This document shows positions 1 to 12,773 of a stretch of 64,000 nucleotides of DNA, one piece after another. The notes under the pieces were generated by a model. The model ran no database searches. It was not told where the DNA came from and saw only the letters and a list, made by a program, of their open reading frames with translations. Positions within the stretch are counted from its first letter, which is position 1. Every line of letters begins with the position of its first letter. The position numbers and the translations under genes were made by a program. This DNA comes from Paragordius varius (taxonomy: Eukaryota; Animalia; Nematomorpha): the NCBI GenBank assembly GCA_964247055.1, contig OZ176054.1, forward strand, positions 6,386,001 to 6,450,000, in the 5' to 3' direction.

Positions 1-91
1 GGAAAACGTTTCGATTGATTGAGAAAACGTTTCGATTGATTGGGAAAATTCGATTGACTGGGAAAACGTTTATTTTGACTTGGAAATGGTA
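1..91. repeat. Right end of a family A foldback element: 21-bp tandem array (GGGAAAACGTTTCGATTGACT-like) ending in the terminus GGAAATGGTA
   Basis: Same unit and terminus as the complete element at 35468-36970; truncated by the window edge. Confidence 0.8.
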
Positions 92-265
92 TATTTGGCA
101 ACTATTCAAATAATATTAATTATTGTATTAACTACACTTTATCTAATATTTTTACCAACAATAAATATTCAAAAACCTTTTTTTAAGATATTGGGAACTT
201 TTTTTCAATATTTTTGTAGTTCAATTATATTTATTTACATCTTAAGTCATGCATTTATCTTTTAA

Positions 266-848
266 CACTTGGATACAACACATTCATTTTAGTCCTTCGA
301 TTCAAATTGGGGTAGTTAAATACCCCAGGCCTGTTTAAAGCTAAATTCTTAAAAAAATATAGAAGGAATCGAAACCAGGGCAAAATTTTGCACTTATGTA
401 ACATTAATAAACCGAAATATATAAAAAAAATTTATTCAAAAATATTTAATATTATTTATTTTAAGCTAAAACCGAAAGGTAAAAATTTAGTCAACGTGAC
501 ATTTGTGCAATGGTAAAATTGAAAAATAATACAAAATAAACCGCTTTTTCTATTTCTATCAATGTTAGATGTAATTTAAATAAAAATAGTGCTTTAATTT
601 TACCCTTAAAATAAAATGAAGACGATATTTTGTAAAAATTTTATAAAATAAAAATGGCGTCGAAGTAGTTTGACATGGAGCTTTTTTTTCAAAACAAAAT
701 TTTATTTAGAGACTTTGGCATATTTATATAATTTATATTATGATAGAAGCATAAATTTAAATTGAGACCGTTTCCTTTAGTAGTTTTTACAAAATCTTAA
801 CTCAAATTTAGTCTGGGGTATTTAGATACCCCAAATTGAATCGAAGTG
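266..848 (+). mobile_element. piggyBac-like non-autonomous MITE (~585 bp), TTAA-flanked
   Basis: TTAA at 262-265 and 849-852. Termini CAC...GTG. An internal inverted repeat TTCGATTCAAATTGGGGTA is spaced asymmetrically at the two ends. Further copies at 38259-38835, 55867-56454, 37903-39022 and 35345-37372. Confidence 0.75.
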
Positions 849-934
849 TTAAATTTAATTATTATAATATAGTGTTATATATGAATAAATTTGTCGCCAT
901 TATTAACATAAATTATAAAAACTATAACTCTTAG

Positions 935-3048
935 AAGGAACACTCAACAAATTCTTTGGTGATATGTTGTGCATTATTGCAGCCACACTGTATGGCGTTT
1001 CCAACGTCGGTCAAGAATTTTTTGTTAAACGATTTGATAAATACGAATTTTTGGCTATTATTGGAACGTTTGGCACCATAATCAATGGGATTCAATTGTA
1101 ATACTATTTTGGATTTATAATTAATGAACCAGTTTTTGTCTAGTTTTTATTTAACATATTTAAATTATTACTAGCTTAACTTAAAGAATGGATATTCTCT
1201 TTACTAAATATTATATATTTGTTATACTTTTTAATTATAGTCTCAAATGTTGAAAAAAATAAAAAATAATATGCATATTTTAAAATAAACTTTGATCTAA
1301 AAATCTACCTAAGTAAAACATAATTTTAAATAATATTTAACAAAATATTTCATTGGGGGAGTTTAAATTTTTGCAAGCCGGCTTATTAGTTGGCATGCCT
1401 ATATACTAATAAATTCATCCATATACATTGTTTAAGATTAATTTAATTAAGGATAAAATGTTTTTTTAATATTTTAATTAAATGGAGATATTGAATAATA
1501 TCATTATTATATACATCAAAAAACTAAAATTTTATAAATTTTTGATACAATTTAATATATAATTAAAAAATTTCATTTTATCCTGCTATTTTAATCGTTA
1601 AAACTGGTGAACTCAAATTTTACGGGCTAGTTTATTAGCCAGTAAGCTTACCTAGATATCGCGTTTGAAACGTATTTCAAAGACTAATTTCATAAATTAT
1701 GAAATATTTTTCGTTCTTTTACCTAATATGGAGTGGAGATATTTGATATCGCCATAGCTTATAAATCATTTTTATACCATATTTACAATATAAAATTTAC
1801 TGTTCTTTTGCTATAAAGCCTTATACTTGAAACTGGGGAACTTAAACTTTTACGAGCTAGTCTATTATTAGCTGGAGAAACTGAATCCCATTATCATCAT
1901 CACAAAACTTATGTGTTTATGCTAGTTTCCCTTTTCACGGTGGCAATGTTTGGTATTTATTATTGCATGGCAACGGCTATGGAGCGAACGTCAGCTTTGG
2001 CCGTTAATTTATCCATACTTTCGGCCGATTTTTATACACTTTTTATTGGCATTTTCTTGTTTCATTACAAGGTAAAGTGGGTAAAATTGATGATTTTTTG
2101 AGGATATATTGAGGGTACAAAAAGGATGAAATAAAATTATTGATTTAGTAATATACTAACTTTTTATATGTAATTTTATATTTATATGAAATGAGATTTA
2201 AAGATTGATTTTGGTTTTTTATGTAGCTTTAGTTTTTTTTTCAAATACAATTTTGATTTTGGTAAAATTTTTTGCACAATGAATACAATATTTGTCCTAT
2301 CCTTTTTATGTAGAAAAAAACAAATAAACACTTTAGATTTTTTTACTTTTTTAATTCTCTTTAGTTTAATGCACTCTTTCTCCTGGCATTTGTCCTAATC
2401 ATAAATGGTGTCATCGTTTACAATGTTTTACCAACGCTATGGAAACCAGGGGGTGGGGCTTTAACTAATCATAGCAATCACAGTAATGGGAATACAGAAA
2501 ATCAAAATTCAGCTTTTTCCAATCACAATTTTACGGAATCATCGGGAAATAACCTTACTTCTCTTGCAAATGAAAATATGGTTGTTTTAAATAATTCTAA
2601 TAAGGAAACCAACCTAAATCTGGCTAATAATCAAAACGATGGTAAGATTTATTTTTGTTATACATTATAATTTAAATTATAAAGACAAAATGATTCTAAA
2701 ACAAATATTTTTACAACCATACTTTTAACTGCGCTTTTTGATTTAATCTAAATTGGGTTACGTGGAATATGGAGTAGAACTCTAATGACACTCAATTGTA
2801 ACCGTTTCGGCTAAATAATTAGGGGTTTAAAAAAATTATCTTTTAGTTTTTACGTTTATTATAATAATACTGTGTTTTGATTTTTGCAATTTATAATAGG
2901 CAACGTGGATCCTGCCAATTCTCCAACAATCAATGATAAAGCCCATTTAAATCCGACTGTTAAATTTAATCAACCAAACCTAGGTGAACCTTTTCGGGAT
3001 ACACGCAATTCAAATAATCAATTTACTAACATTGATTTTAATGCTTGA
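935..3048 (+). CDS. SLC35F: Solute carrier family 35 member F (SLC35F1/F2-like), 3' part; 5' exons lie upstream of the window
   Basis: Exons 935-1097, 1819-2071, 2365-2641 and 2900-3048(TGA), GT-AG and frame-consistent. Translation GDMLCIIAATLYGVSNVGQEFFVK...EFLAIIGTFGTIINGIQ and TSALAVNLSILSADFYTLFIGIFLFHYK|FNALFLLAFVLII matches the recalled SLC35F C-terminal helices. Asn-rich tail. Confidence 0.9.
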
Positions 3049-3419
3049 TGAATGCATATTCGGTTAACAGTGTAGATATCTCAAAATCATAGTGTCTTCA
3101 AATAAATCTCATTTTAGAATCTCTGTTATTTGAAATTTTAGTGCTAGTTTGATCGTATAGTGTAGCATTTTTTTCGAATTTCTGTTTAGCATATAATGTG
3201 TATATCTAAACATGTTATAATTTTTTATGTTCATCTTTAGTCAATATCATGTTCACATTTCATTAATTACTAATCGAAACTTTAATTATGTGAAATAAAT
3301 TGTATTATAATTTCTCATCTGTTATTTATTTATTTAAAATATAGATTTTTTATTAACACAAATTTCATTTATTATAAGTTATTTTGTCGAAAACAAATAT
3401 TTCAAAAAATTATATTTTC

Positions 3420-6170
3420 CGGGAGAACAGCCAATATCACCTTTATACGCTATTTTCTCCTTCCAAGTGAGGTAAGCGTGTTAGAGTTTCCATTTCTTTC
3501 TGTCTTCAGTTTGTTCTTATATATGGAGGAAAATCTTCTTGAATAGTAGATTGCCAAGTTTGACGAGGTCTACCTTTTTTATTTTTATTAGGTGAATATA
3601 ATTGCATAAGCTTTATTCAGTTTGAGTCTTGTGCTTTGTAGGTGTGACACCAGCGTCTACGGTATTCAAGGATAGCTGCATTAAGTGGTTTAATATTTAG
3701 GGTTTGATATGAGAATTTGGATTGGAAATATAGATGTTGGGGTTATGTGCGAAAAGGATGGCGTTTAGAATTTTCTGCTCATCCTTTTGCAGTGATTGAA
3801 GATTTGGTTTTGTCATTGGCCATGTTTCTGTATCATATAGTATGGTAAAAGGACGTATAGCGGCCTTAAAAATTTTAGTCTTGTAATATATTCATTGTTT
3901 ATTAGTGATCGCCTATGATACCTTTTCCACCAGCTTTGATTCTATGAGATAATGCCGGTTCTATGCCACCAATTATCACAAAGGTATGATTTGTGTGCAA
4001 ATTCGAAGACTTGGGATGAGGAATTCTATGGTTATTGTGCTTGTTGTGTTGCATGGGAAGCAATAAAATCATATAAAATTGATTTTTTATGCACTTATTT
4101 AAAACATTTGTTACACTTTATTGAAACGGACGTTACATTCAATGAGCACACAGAGCCAGGTCATTTTATTGTGTTTGTTATCTCACATTAGCTTTATTTT
4201 TGATGGATTTACTTTCAGACCGAATTTACTTAGGGTATCCCTCCATAAATTTAATTTTTTCATTTATTTATTTGCTGATGTGGCGCAAAATATTAAGTCA
4301 TCGGCACACAATAGTTCAAAAGGTAAGCATTGACGATTGTCTTTTGTGATCTTATGATGAATAAAAGTAGGCTTAATGTAAAGCATTAGTGTATGCAATT
4401 TTCAAGAGGTATGGGGTTCGTATCGCTAACGCTTGTACGGATTACAGTTGAGGTGTGTTTATATGCTTCTATTTTTGAATCCTATTTTCCTCTATAGTGA
4501 GCGACCAAGCAATCAGGTGTTGCGGGACCGAGTCAAAAGCTTGTTCCATGTCTACACGGAGTAAGGTAGAGGAATTTCCTCAGGTGAGCATTTTGCAATC
4601 GGCGGATTATAAATATTGCATATATTCTCCTTTTGTGTTAGAAAGTCAAATTGCATGCATCTATGTTGCAGTGGTGAGGGATTCTGTTAGCTAACAGATT
4701 CTCGAAATTTTAAAACCATTTTCTATATACGTATAGGAAGAAAGATATAAACGTTCAAACAGTCCTCCTTTGTCCTTTTGGGATGAACTTTTTTAGCCAA
4801 TCACTGGGAATAACAATATCTATAACTATCGTATCTGCAAGATTTGTAATATAATTAACAAATATGTGAATTAGGGCTTCAAATACTTCATTTGTGAGTT
4901 CTGATAAACTTAGGCATTTATTATTTTCATATTTTTTAAACAAAAATAGGGTTGATATAAAGAATATAATGAATGGGGTTGTGTGATTTTCATGGGGATG
5001 TTTGTTAAAAATATTGCAGAAGTGATCATACCATGTGATTTTAATAATGTCGACATCGTTGGTTATACTATTTCGGCTAATATTGCAGTTGTTTTGGTTA
5101 AAATTATTATCATATTTCCATCTATATGCAGATTGGGAAGATATAGCTATTTCTAATTCTTTGCACTTTTCTTCACCCATTTTTCCATTGATTCTCTGAT
5201 CGCTTTACGGCAATTTTTCTTAGTTTGAATATATTGTCAGCACTTTTATGTTTTTTCCATTTTTGGGAGGCCAATTTCTTTTTCTTGATTATATCTATCA
5301 GGGATCAACACAATTTAATTGCTTTTTATTATTAGTCATTTTGCCAACATTCTCCTTTAGTAATTCAATGCAGATATTCTTTAAAGAATTTAAAAGGTGT
5401 TCTGGGGAGGTTTTCAGTGTCCAGTTTGAATATAATATTATTGATATTCTTATCGACATTTTTTATACCTAAATGTTTTTGCGCCATGATTGATTTGGTG
5501 AATTTATAATTATGCGCTAATGAGCTTGTTTTGTAATTCTAAAGCGGGAATATAATAGTTTTTAAATTGGATTTATCCTCTTTTCTTATCATTATATCGA
5601 TTATATGCCAGATATATAGGTTAGCAAGTTATTATCATTCTTTTTAAAAAGGGTATTAATAATGGATAAATTATTATTATCTTACCATTTTCATTTAAGT
5701 CATCCATTCCAAAACCTCTATGTACTGAATGTAAAAACTTTTGCCAAAATTTTTCAAAAATGTGCGACAAATATAAAATCGGGTGGAATAACAGTGACTT
5801 TTAAATATAAATCTAAGATCCTTACGATTTAAGTCACAACCGTTTTGCGGGCGTAAACTGATAGAATATGATAGATTTTTTTTTGTATTAGATTTTTAAA
5901 ACTAATAATCTTCAGATAAGTTATTTATCGATATGATATTGGGTACGATGGTATTTCTGACAAAACATCAACACCTATTGAACGGCAATTAGATTCGGAT
6001 AATAACTATTTATGATCCAGAATTATCAGAGTTCTTCCAACAAGTTTCTGAGAAGCAGCAGATTTCGATGGCTGCTCTTTCCTGTTCTGGTTAAAGGTGT
6101 CGTATATATTCAAGCTAATGATATGTTTGGGATGGGATTTAAAGGCATCCGTATGTTTGTGTTTTGTTAG
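3420..6170 (-). mobile_element. Decayed RTE-like non-LTR retrotransposon (APE endonuclease + reverse transcriptase), many stops and frameshifts
   Basis: Minus-strand motif remnants in order: EICCFSETCWK and RPQNGCD (endonuclease); WYDHF and IPSDW (ORF 4755-5180); DMEQAFDSV, LSLLLFII and LCADDL (RT); GRPRQTWQSTIQED (RTE-type C-terminus). Confidence 0.8.
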
Positions 6171-6399
6171 AAAATATTGAAATATAAAAGAACAAGCAAT
6201 AGCGAGAAAGAAAGGTGTACCATAAAATACTGAATAAATTATGGAGCACAGTTTTTTACTCCGTGTATGCGCTTACTATCCGGCGATCAGAAAATCTGGA
6301 GAGAAAGTAAATCGTTTTATAAAGATGGTGGGTTTCAGCTGTTAAAGCGAGTTATATATCCAGAATTGCAAAAAATAATTAAGAGTTGTTAATGCGTAA

Positions 6400-7000
6400 G
6401 TATTATTGGTTATACATATAACAATAATTGGATGCTCTTATTAAATGTACTCCACATCGAAAGCTTTAACAAAATATATCATACAGTGAAAATATTTTAA
6501 CATTAATAATTAGTTTTTGGCTATCGTTACAATTAATTGATTTATCTGCAACCGGATTCAACTATTGCTATTGGGATATCTATCCAATATCAAGATCTTT
6601 TGCCATATCCAACATCGATTCGAAACTCGAATTGTTACGTCTTAGCAGTCAATGTATTTATTAGGTGGTCCAAAACTCGGTCTCTTTTATCAACTAAAGG
6701 AGTATAGATGATTCGAAAGGTTTATTTTCTCAAATGGCCTAAAAATCCCATTTATGGATTATTTTTGAAAAGCCTATAAATCCATTTTAATATATCTCAA
6801 TAAGTCCACCGGTGAAAACATTGATTTATTTTTTCCTTAAGGGATTTCTGATTCCTTTGTAAATATGTTGTTATATTGTATAAAAATCCCATTATATTTT
6901 CAAATGGAGTCTTACAAAATGAGTATTGTAGTAAAAAGGGTGTTACCGGGCTTAATATTAAGAAAAATCACAAATATTAGATAACATAGGTGCCATTGTT
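6400..7000 (-). mobile_element. Possible 3' fragment of a second LINE
   Basis: A degenerate FLGHLRK motif (~6730-6755) and an ILSPV motif resemble the post-RT region of LINE ORF2; heavily decayed. Confidence 0.3.
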
Positions 7001-7136
7001 GAAAAACTTCAAATTCATATTGCCTTGATTGTTTATCTTTTTGTGCCTTATTTCATAAATTAAATTGATCAAAAAATTCGAATTGGGTGGCAAATGTTAC
7101 ATTCATAAGCAAAAGACTTGACTTAAGTGTTTTAAT

Positions 7137-8071
7137 CAGGGCTTGAAACCGGAACCGGAACCGCATGGAACCGGAACCCGGTTCCTGGGATTTTAACAAG
7201 AACCGGTTTCATTGGGATGGAACCAACGCGGTTCCGGTTCCGCTTTCCCGGGAACCACCCCGGTACCGATTCCAAAATTTCAGGAATCACCCCGATTCTA
7301 CCTATAAATTTTTAGGAACCAACCCGGTTCCAACCGTTTAGAAACCAATCCCGGTTCCACCCCCTTAATTACTGGTTCCCATATGATTATTTTATTATTT
7401 AAATTTGATCGTACCACTACATATTAAATACTTCAATTTTACCTAAAACTAAGCGCCTTATATTATATTAGCGATACTCTCTCAATTTTGGATGATTCGG
7501 CTGTTCTAAAAAACTAATAGTCATACAAGATTATTTATAAAACATATGTTCGTACATATAGGTCCCCGTTGAAAGGATTTTTTTCACCCTTAATTTTATA
7601 TAGAAAGACCAGAGAAGCAGTTTGACCAGCGTATTGCTTGGTCCAATAATTTTCAAAGTTAAATAAAGAATTTTTTAGATGCCATACTTAGTTTAGCACT
7701 CATTATATACATTTATACTTATACATTTTCCTATTATATTTTTATTTGATTCATTTATTATGCTAATTTATTTCACTATACATTTGGCAAATTATATAAT
7801 TGTTCATATTTTGGCTGGATTATTATTATAATAATTTTGTAAGAAAATCATTTAATCAAAAGTCAGGACCCGAAAATACCGGTTTTAAATATAAAGAACC
7901 GGTTCCGAAACCGCTAAATTTTTAAAGAATCAACGGGGTTCCGGTTCCAAAATTTCAGGAACTGCCCGGTTCTATTTTTAAATTCTTAAGAACCAACACG
8001 GTTCCGGTTCCTCTTGCTCAGGAACCAACCTGGTTCCGGTTCCACTTTTTTTGAACCGGTTCCAAGCCCTG
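7137..8071. mobile_element. hAT-type non-autonomous element with subterminal GGAACC/GGTTCC arrays
   Basis: TIR CAGGGCTTG(A/G)AACCGG. Perfect 8-bp TSD GTTTTAAT at 7129-7136 and 8072-8079. Related fragments near 11360-11520, 19760-19815 and 27130. Confidence 0.85.
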
Positions 8072-8757
8072 GTTTTAATCATCCAAATGTACACTTGCTG
8101 GCTTAGGTAAAATTGCTCAACTTGCCACGCTTGAATTATAAGTCAAGTGAGATTTTTTTATCACCCCACTCTATATAGTTAATTCTTTAACGTGAAATTG
8201 GTAATGACTGGACTTTACATGATTCTATGTGTTAAGTGTGCTATTTTACCTATTCTGAAGAAAGCCGTTATCTGTAATTAATGATCTCAAAGATTTGTAT
8301 ATTAATATACTTTAAATCTCATATGTATTTGTAATTAATAGGATTAAGATCATGTTTTTTGGGGATTTAAATTTTATTTCTTTTCTTAAAGTAAAGATGA
8401 TAAAAAACAACCCTGCATTAAGCCTTTGTTTTAACCATTTTGTTACGCCAAATGAAATTTTAATAGTATATTTTTGCGTGCAGTATAGGCTATCTATGAA
8501 TATTTAAAATGATATTGGCCAAGCTATAAATAGCGGATAAAATATAGAATTTACCTTTAGTTCCTTAGATTATCTAAGGGCAATAATATCAAAACATTAT
8601 GACCAGTTTTTTTATAATGTCACATTATTAGCCATCAATACTCTTCTTACATAGGGCGTGTAATAAGTTAGCATTTTTAGAACATATAAAGTTATAATAA
8701 TTTTTTAGTATATTTTTAAAAAAGGTTTTTATAACCTAATAAATTAAACGTCAAAAA

Positions 8758-11700
8758 ATGGTGCAGCAACAAGAAAAGGATATATCAAATCTGAAAGGTA
8801 ATTCGATTTGTAATAAAATATAATTATTACAAAATAATAATAATTCCTAAAATAGACCAAACTTTTACGGATGAAAATAATCGGGTTAGAAGACCCATGA
8901 ATGCTTTTATGATTTTCGCCAGAACACGAAGAAATGACATTCAAAGAGAAAATCCGAATTTTAGCAATAACAAGGTATTTATAAAATTTAGTTTTTTAAT
9001 CATCTAATTAGAAAATTATTATAATTTTCTGTGAAAAAAAGTAACATAAATAAAGCAATAGGAGTTATTTTAAACTTCAACTCAAATTGTGCAGTCACAG
9101 ACTTTTATATAATTTATGGTTTTCATGTATGTAAACTCGGACAAAAGCTGTTGCCTAACATTATATTATTTCACGATCATTTTTTAATGGTTATTAAAAA
9201 AATATGGAATGTTAAATTGAATTAGAATAAGACTAATTTTCGCAATTATCCAGATTTTATATAACCCGATTCTGCAAATGTATATTTAAAAAAGGATTAG
9301 GTAATCTTAGCTAAAAAATTGGTTGAAATTCCGATAATTAATTATCTGCAAATTGCATAGGTGAGTGTTGCCTTAGGGCAGGAATGGAAATCGTTAACTG
9401 CCGAACAAAAGCTTCCCTTCAAATTGAAGGCACAAGAATTGGATAATATGCATAAAATGTTACATCCAGGTAGAGTTAATTTTCAGTTTATTTTCAAATT
9501 TTCAGTTTAATTTTCATAAATTACATTAAATTTAATTTAAATTCGTATAACCAACTGCATTTATACCAAAATTGCAAAGTTGGATATATATACGAAATCG
9601 ATATGTGAAAACTCCAAGTCAAATAGTTGTGTCGTACTGATGAGTGCTAACAAGCACGAAACTAGTCTGCGATTACTATTGACGAAGGGTTTCACATATC
9701 GTTTATTTCTATTTATAATTTCATTTAATTGTATTTAATTATCCTTTATCATTATATTACGGATTTTAACAACTGTTATTACAAAACATAACCAATCCGT
9801 TCATTACCATTACAATATTATTATTATATTAATAAATAATTATACTTTAAAATATATTTATTTTAAATGATTTACTATTGTTAAAATGATTTACTCTTGT
9901 TATTTTAAAAATTTAACATATATATATATTTGCGGGTTATATTTTAGCCCACTTAATTTTTTTAAAAAATCATATTCAACATTTATTTTAAAAAATGTTG
10001 TCTACAGTCCCAAATTAAAAAAGCTGTAAAAGGCAAATAAACAGCTGATTTACTTAAATAATGGCGAAAATTACTTGCGTATTATGTAAATGGATAACAA
10101 TCCTAAAATTTTAACATATTTATGATCAATTTAAACAAATAAATATAATTTTGACTACTAAATTTATGATATATTATTTGGATAATTTATTAATATTTTG
10201 AATGATAACTTGAGGCCATAAGATCTATAACAGATTTAAATGGGGTAGTTAGCTACCGGAAATGTAATGGAGTTTACTAATTATTTTTTGGCAGTCATAA
10301 TTAATTAACCAATTTGTAAAAATTATATAATTTATTTCTTTTTTTAACTAATGCCTATAGATTATTACTATTCACCAGCTGAAAGTCGTAGAAAAAAAGC
10401 GGAACGAATGTTAGAAAAAATGGAAAATAAAAGTCACCGCAAGCGTGGTCGAAAATTACATTTTACAAATACTGATGAGTCAAATTGTATTTTATTTTTT
10501 ATTTTTTTAATATCATTTAAGAAAAAAAGTTGTACTTAATATAAAAAACTTTGATACTTATGGATGTTAAAAAATATATATATAAGCAATATAATGAGTA
10601 ACTTAACAATTACACATAATTTAACTGAATGATTATTTCCAAAATCAAAAAGATTTTTTAAGAACTGGAAAGATGTTATAAAACCTTTAACTATTATTTA
10701 TATTATTAAAAATTTGGATAGAGAAAATAATTGTCAAATGTAATTGGCACCCATATGCTTTAAAATTATCCATCATATATTTTTCTAAAATGTCATATAT
10801 TTTTCATTCAAAATTAATTATTTTTATAGGTAAGTATAATTTATGAAATTGGGAAAAATAGCAAACATTTTGTCCTTATAAATGACTATTTTATTTGTTA
10901 TAAAAATATTTCTTAATATGTTATATTCCTAGGTAATCAAGCTCGACACTTTTATTTGAGCCCAAAAGTAGAACCAATCACACTAAACGATGAGGTAAAA
11001 GATAGCTTATACTATTTGGAAAAATCTTTCCAGGATTTGGAGAATATTGGAATGACCGAAATAAGCCATTATCCAACGTCGTTGAGTGAAAATAATGTTT
11101 ACCCACCAAATTTTTCATAGTAAGATTAAATATATTATGCAGTTTTCGGAACTTAAATATTCCTTTCTTTCCTGTACAGATTATCATAATGTTTTAATAT
11201 ACACTAAACCTATGGTTATATGAGTCTTTTGATTTGTGGGTATGGAAAAAATTATATTTGCTCATACTCATTTAATAAAGGAAATTTTAATTTCAGAATG
11301 TTATTAAAATAGAAAAAAAAATATTTAAAAATCAATTCAAGAAAAATGGTAACTATAATAGGAACCGGTTTGAAATTTCAGGAAGCGATTCTGAAACCAT
11401 TAAATGTAAAACAAACTCGGTTCTCGTTTCTTTCAGAGAACTACCTAGCCTGCTTCTGATTTCGTTTTGAAGTTTTCAGACAAAACCTGATTCGAGTACT
11501 AACTATCCAAGATCCGCCTGCTTTCAGTTTTATATTTTGGTGCCTGGTTTGCTAATATAGAATTTTTTATCTATTTAAAAATCAACTTTACAATTAAATT
11601 TTGCATCTGAACGTTAATATTACGCGTTATGCTAAAAAAATATTTCTTGCATTTAGATAATCCACAAAATTTACGTTTAAATATTTTGTGATAAATCGAA

Positions 11701-12773
11701 TTTTTTAATTTTTTATCAATGTGTTTATATATTCTTAATGTATTTGCAGCGGTGGCAACGATGATTCCTTAGACCAATTTACAAATTCTTACCTAGGCCA
11801 TGTCAAAGATAATCTATCAAACTTAAATACTAATTACAAATTTGATCCCAGTCAGATTTTTTATCCATTGAATGTTAAGGAAGAATTTACTGCCAATCAA
11901 CAACACAATTACTTTGCTGATAATAACAAATTAGATGACTCGGCAAATTATGTTCGATTATACAGCCAGGATATTCAAGAAAGGCCATCAGTTATAATTT
12001 ATCCACAAGATGGAAAAACGAATATTAATACACAGCAATTTGAATTATATAATAATGTTGCAAATGATATTTTGCCACAAGAAACGGTTAATCTTCAGAA
12101 TAGCAATGTATTAGGTCATCAAATATCCGAAATATTACCTGTAAACAATAGTCAAGATCAAAATGAGCACCATTCTAAAATTATGAAAAATTTAGAATCT
12201 TATAAAGATCCAGAATCATTTTCAGGACAATCTGAAATTGCAAAATCAAAAACTAATGGATTGGTATATCAAACTCTAACTCCAATCGATTATCAAGAAA
12301 TTTTACAATATCAATCATATAATGACGCAGTAGAGCCATTTAATTTTTACAATACATATGGTAATGAAATTGTAAATCAAAGCCATTTCCCCGTAATCAC
12401 TAATCAAGATACAAATATTAGTTATAATAATTTTAATGATTATAACAAATGGGATATCCATAATTTTTCCAACATATATAATCAAGTCAATTTGTTTTAT
12501 AATTTTAATAATATTAATAATTTTACCAATAGTGATTATTTTAAAACTACATTAGCAAATGTTGATCAAATGTTTTTACCATACACCCAAGTCGAAAATT
12601 ATCATATGCAATATAATCATGCTAATGCTTTTGAGTTAAATAATTTAATATATAATAATTATCCTTATACAACAAATTATATGGATGGTGGTAGATCTAA
12701 TCCAAATGTATTTTCTTTACCGCCAATCCAATCATTTAGTACAACCAGTTTACCTGCAATGTTGTATGTATAA
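8758..12773 (+). CDS. Sox/TCF-class HMG-box transcription factor, divergent (SoxH/Sox30-like), about 520 aa
   Basis: Exons 8758-8797, 8856-8974, 9361-9469, 10361-~10447 (donor uncertain), 10933-11119 and 11750-12773. HMG box reads RVRRPMNAFMIFARTRRNDIQRENPNFSNNK|VSVALGQEWKSLTAEQKLPFKLKAQELDNMHKMLHP|DYYYSP. Long Asn/Tyr/Gln-rich C-terminal exon (ORF 11868-12773). Confidence 0.8.
9632..9672 (+). ncRNA. Minimal type I hammerhead ribozyme (short palindromic stem III) in intron 3 of the HMG-box gene
   Basis: TCGTA-CTGATGA-GTGCT(AACA)AGCAC-GAAA-C(TA)GTC-TGCGA. All core nucleotides are present, stem II is a perfect 5 bp, and stem I pairs TCGTA/TGCGA. Stem I extends into a long imperfect hairpin spanning about 9596-9704. 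Predicted cleavage after C9667. Confidence 0.85.

Noticed and set aside
80-265. 61-aa hydrophobic ORF
   Set aside because: It starts inside a repeat terminus and has the Ile/Phe-rich composition expected of random AT-rich DNA.
10449-10482. Second CTGATGAG with an upstream GTCGAAA, possible hammerhead
   Set aside because: No pairing for stems I-III in any topology.
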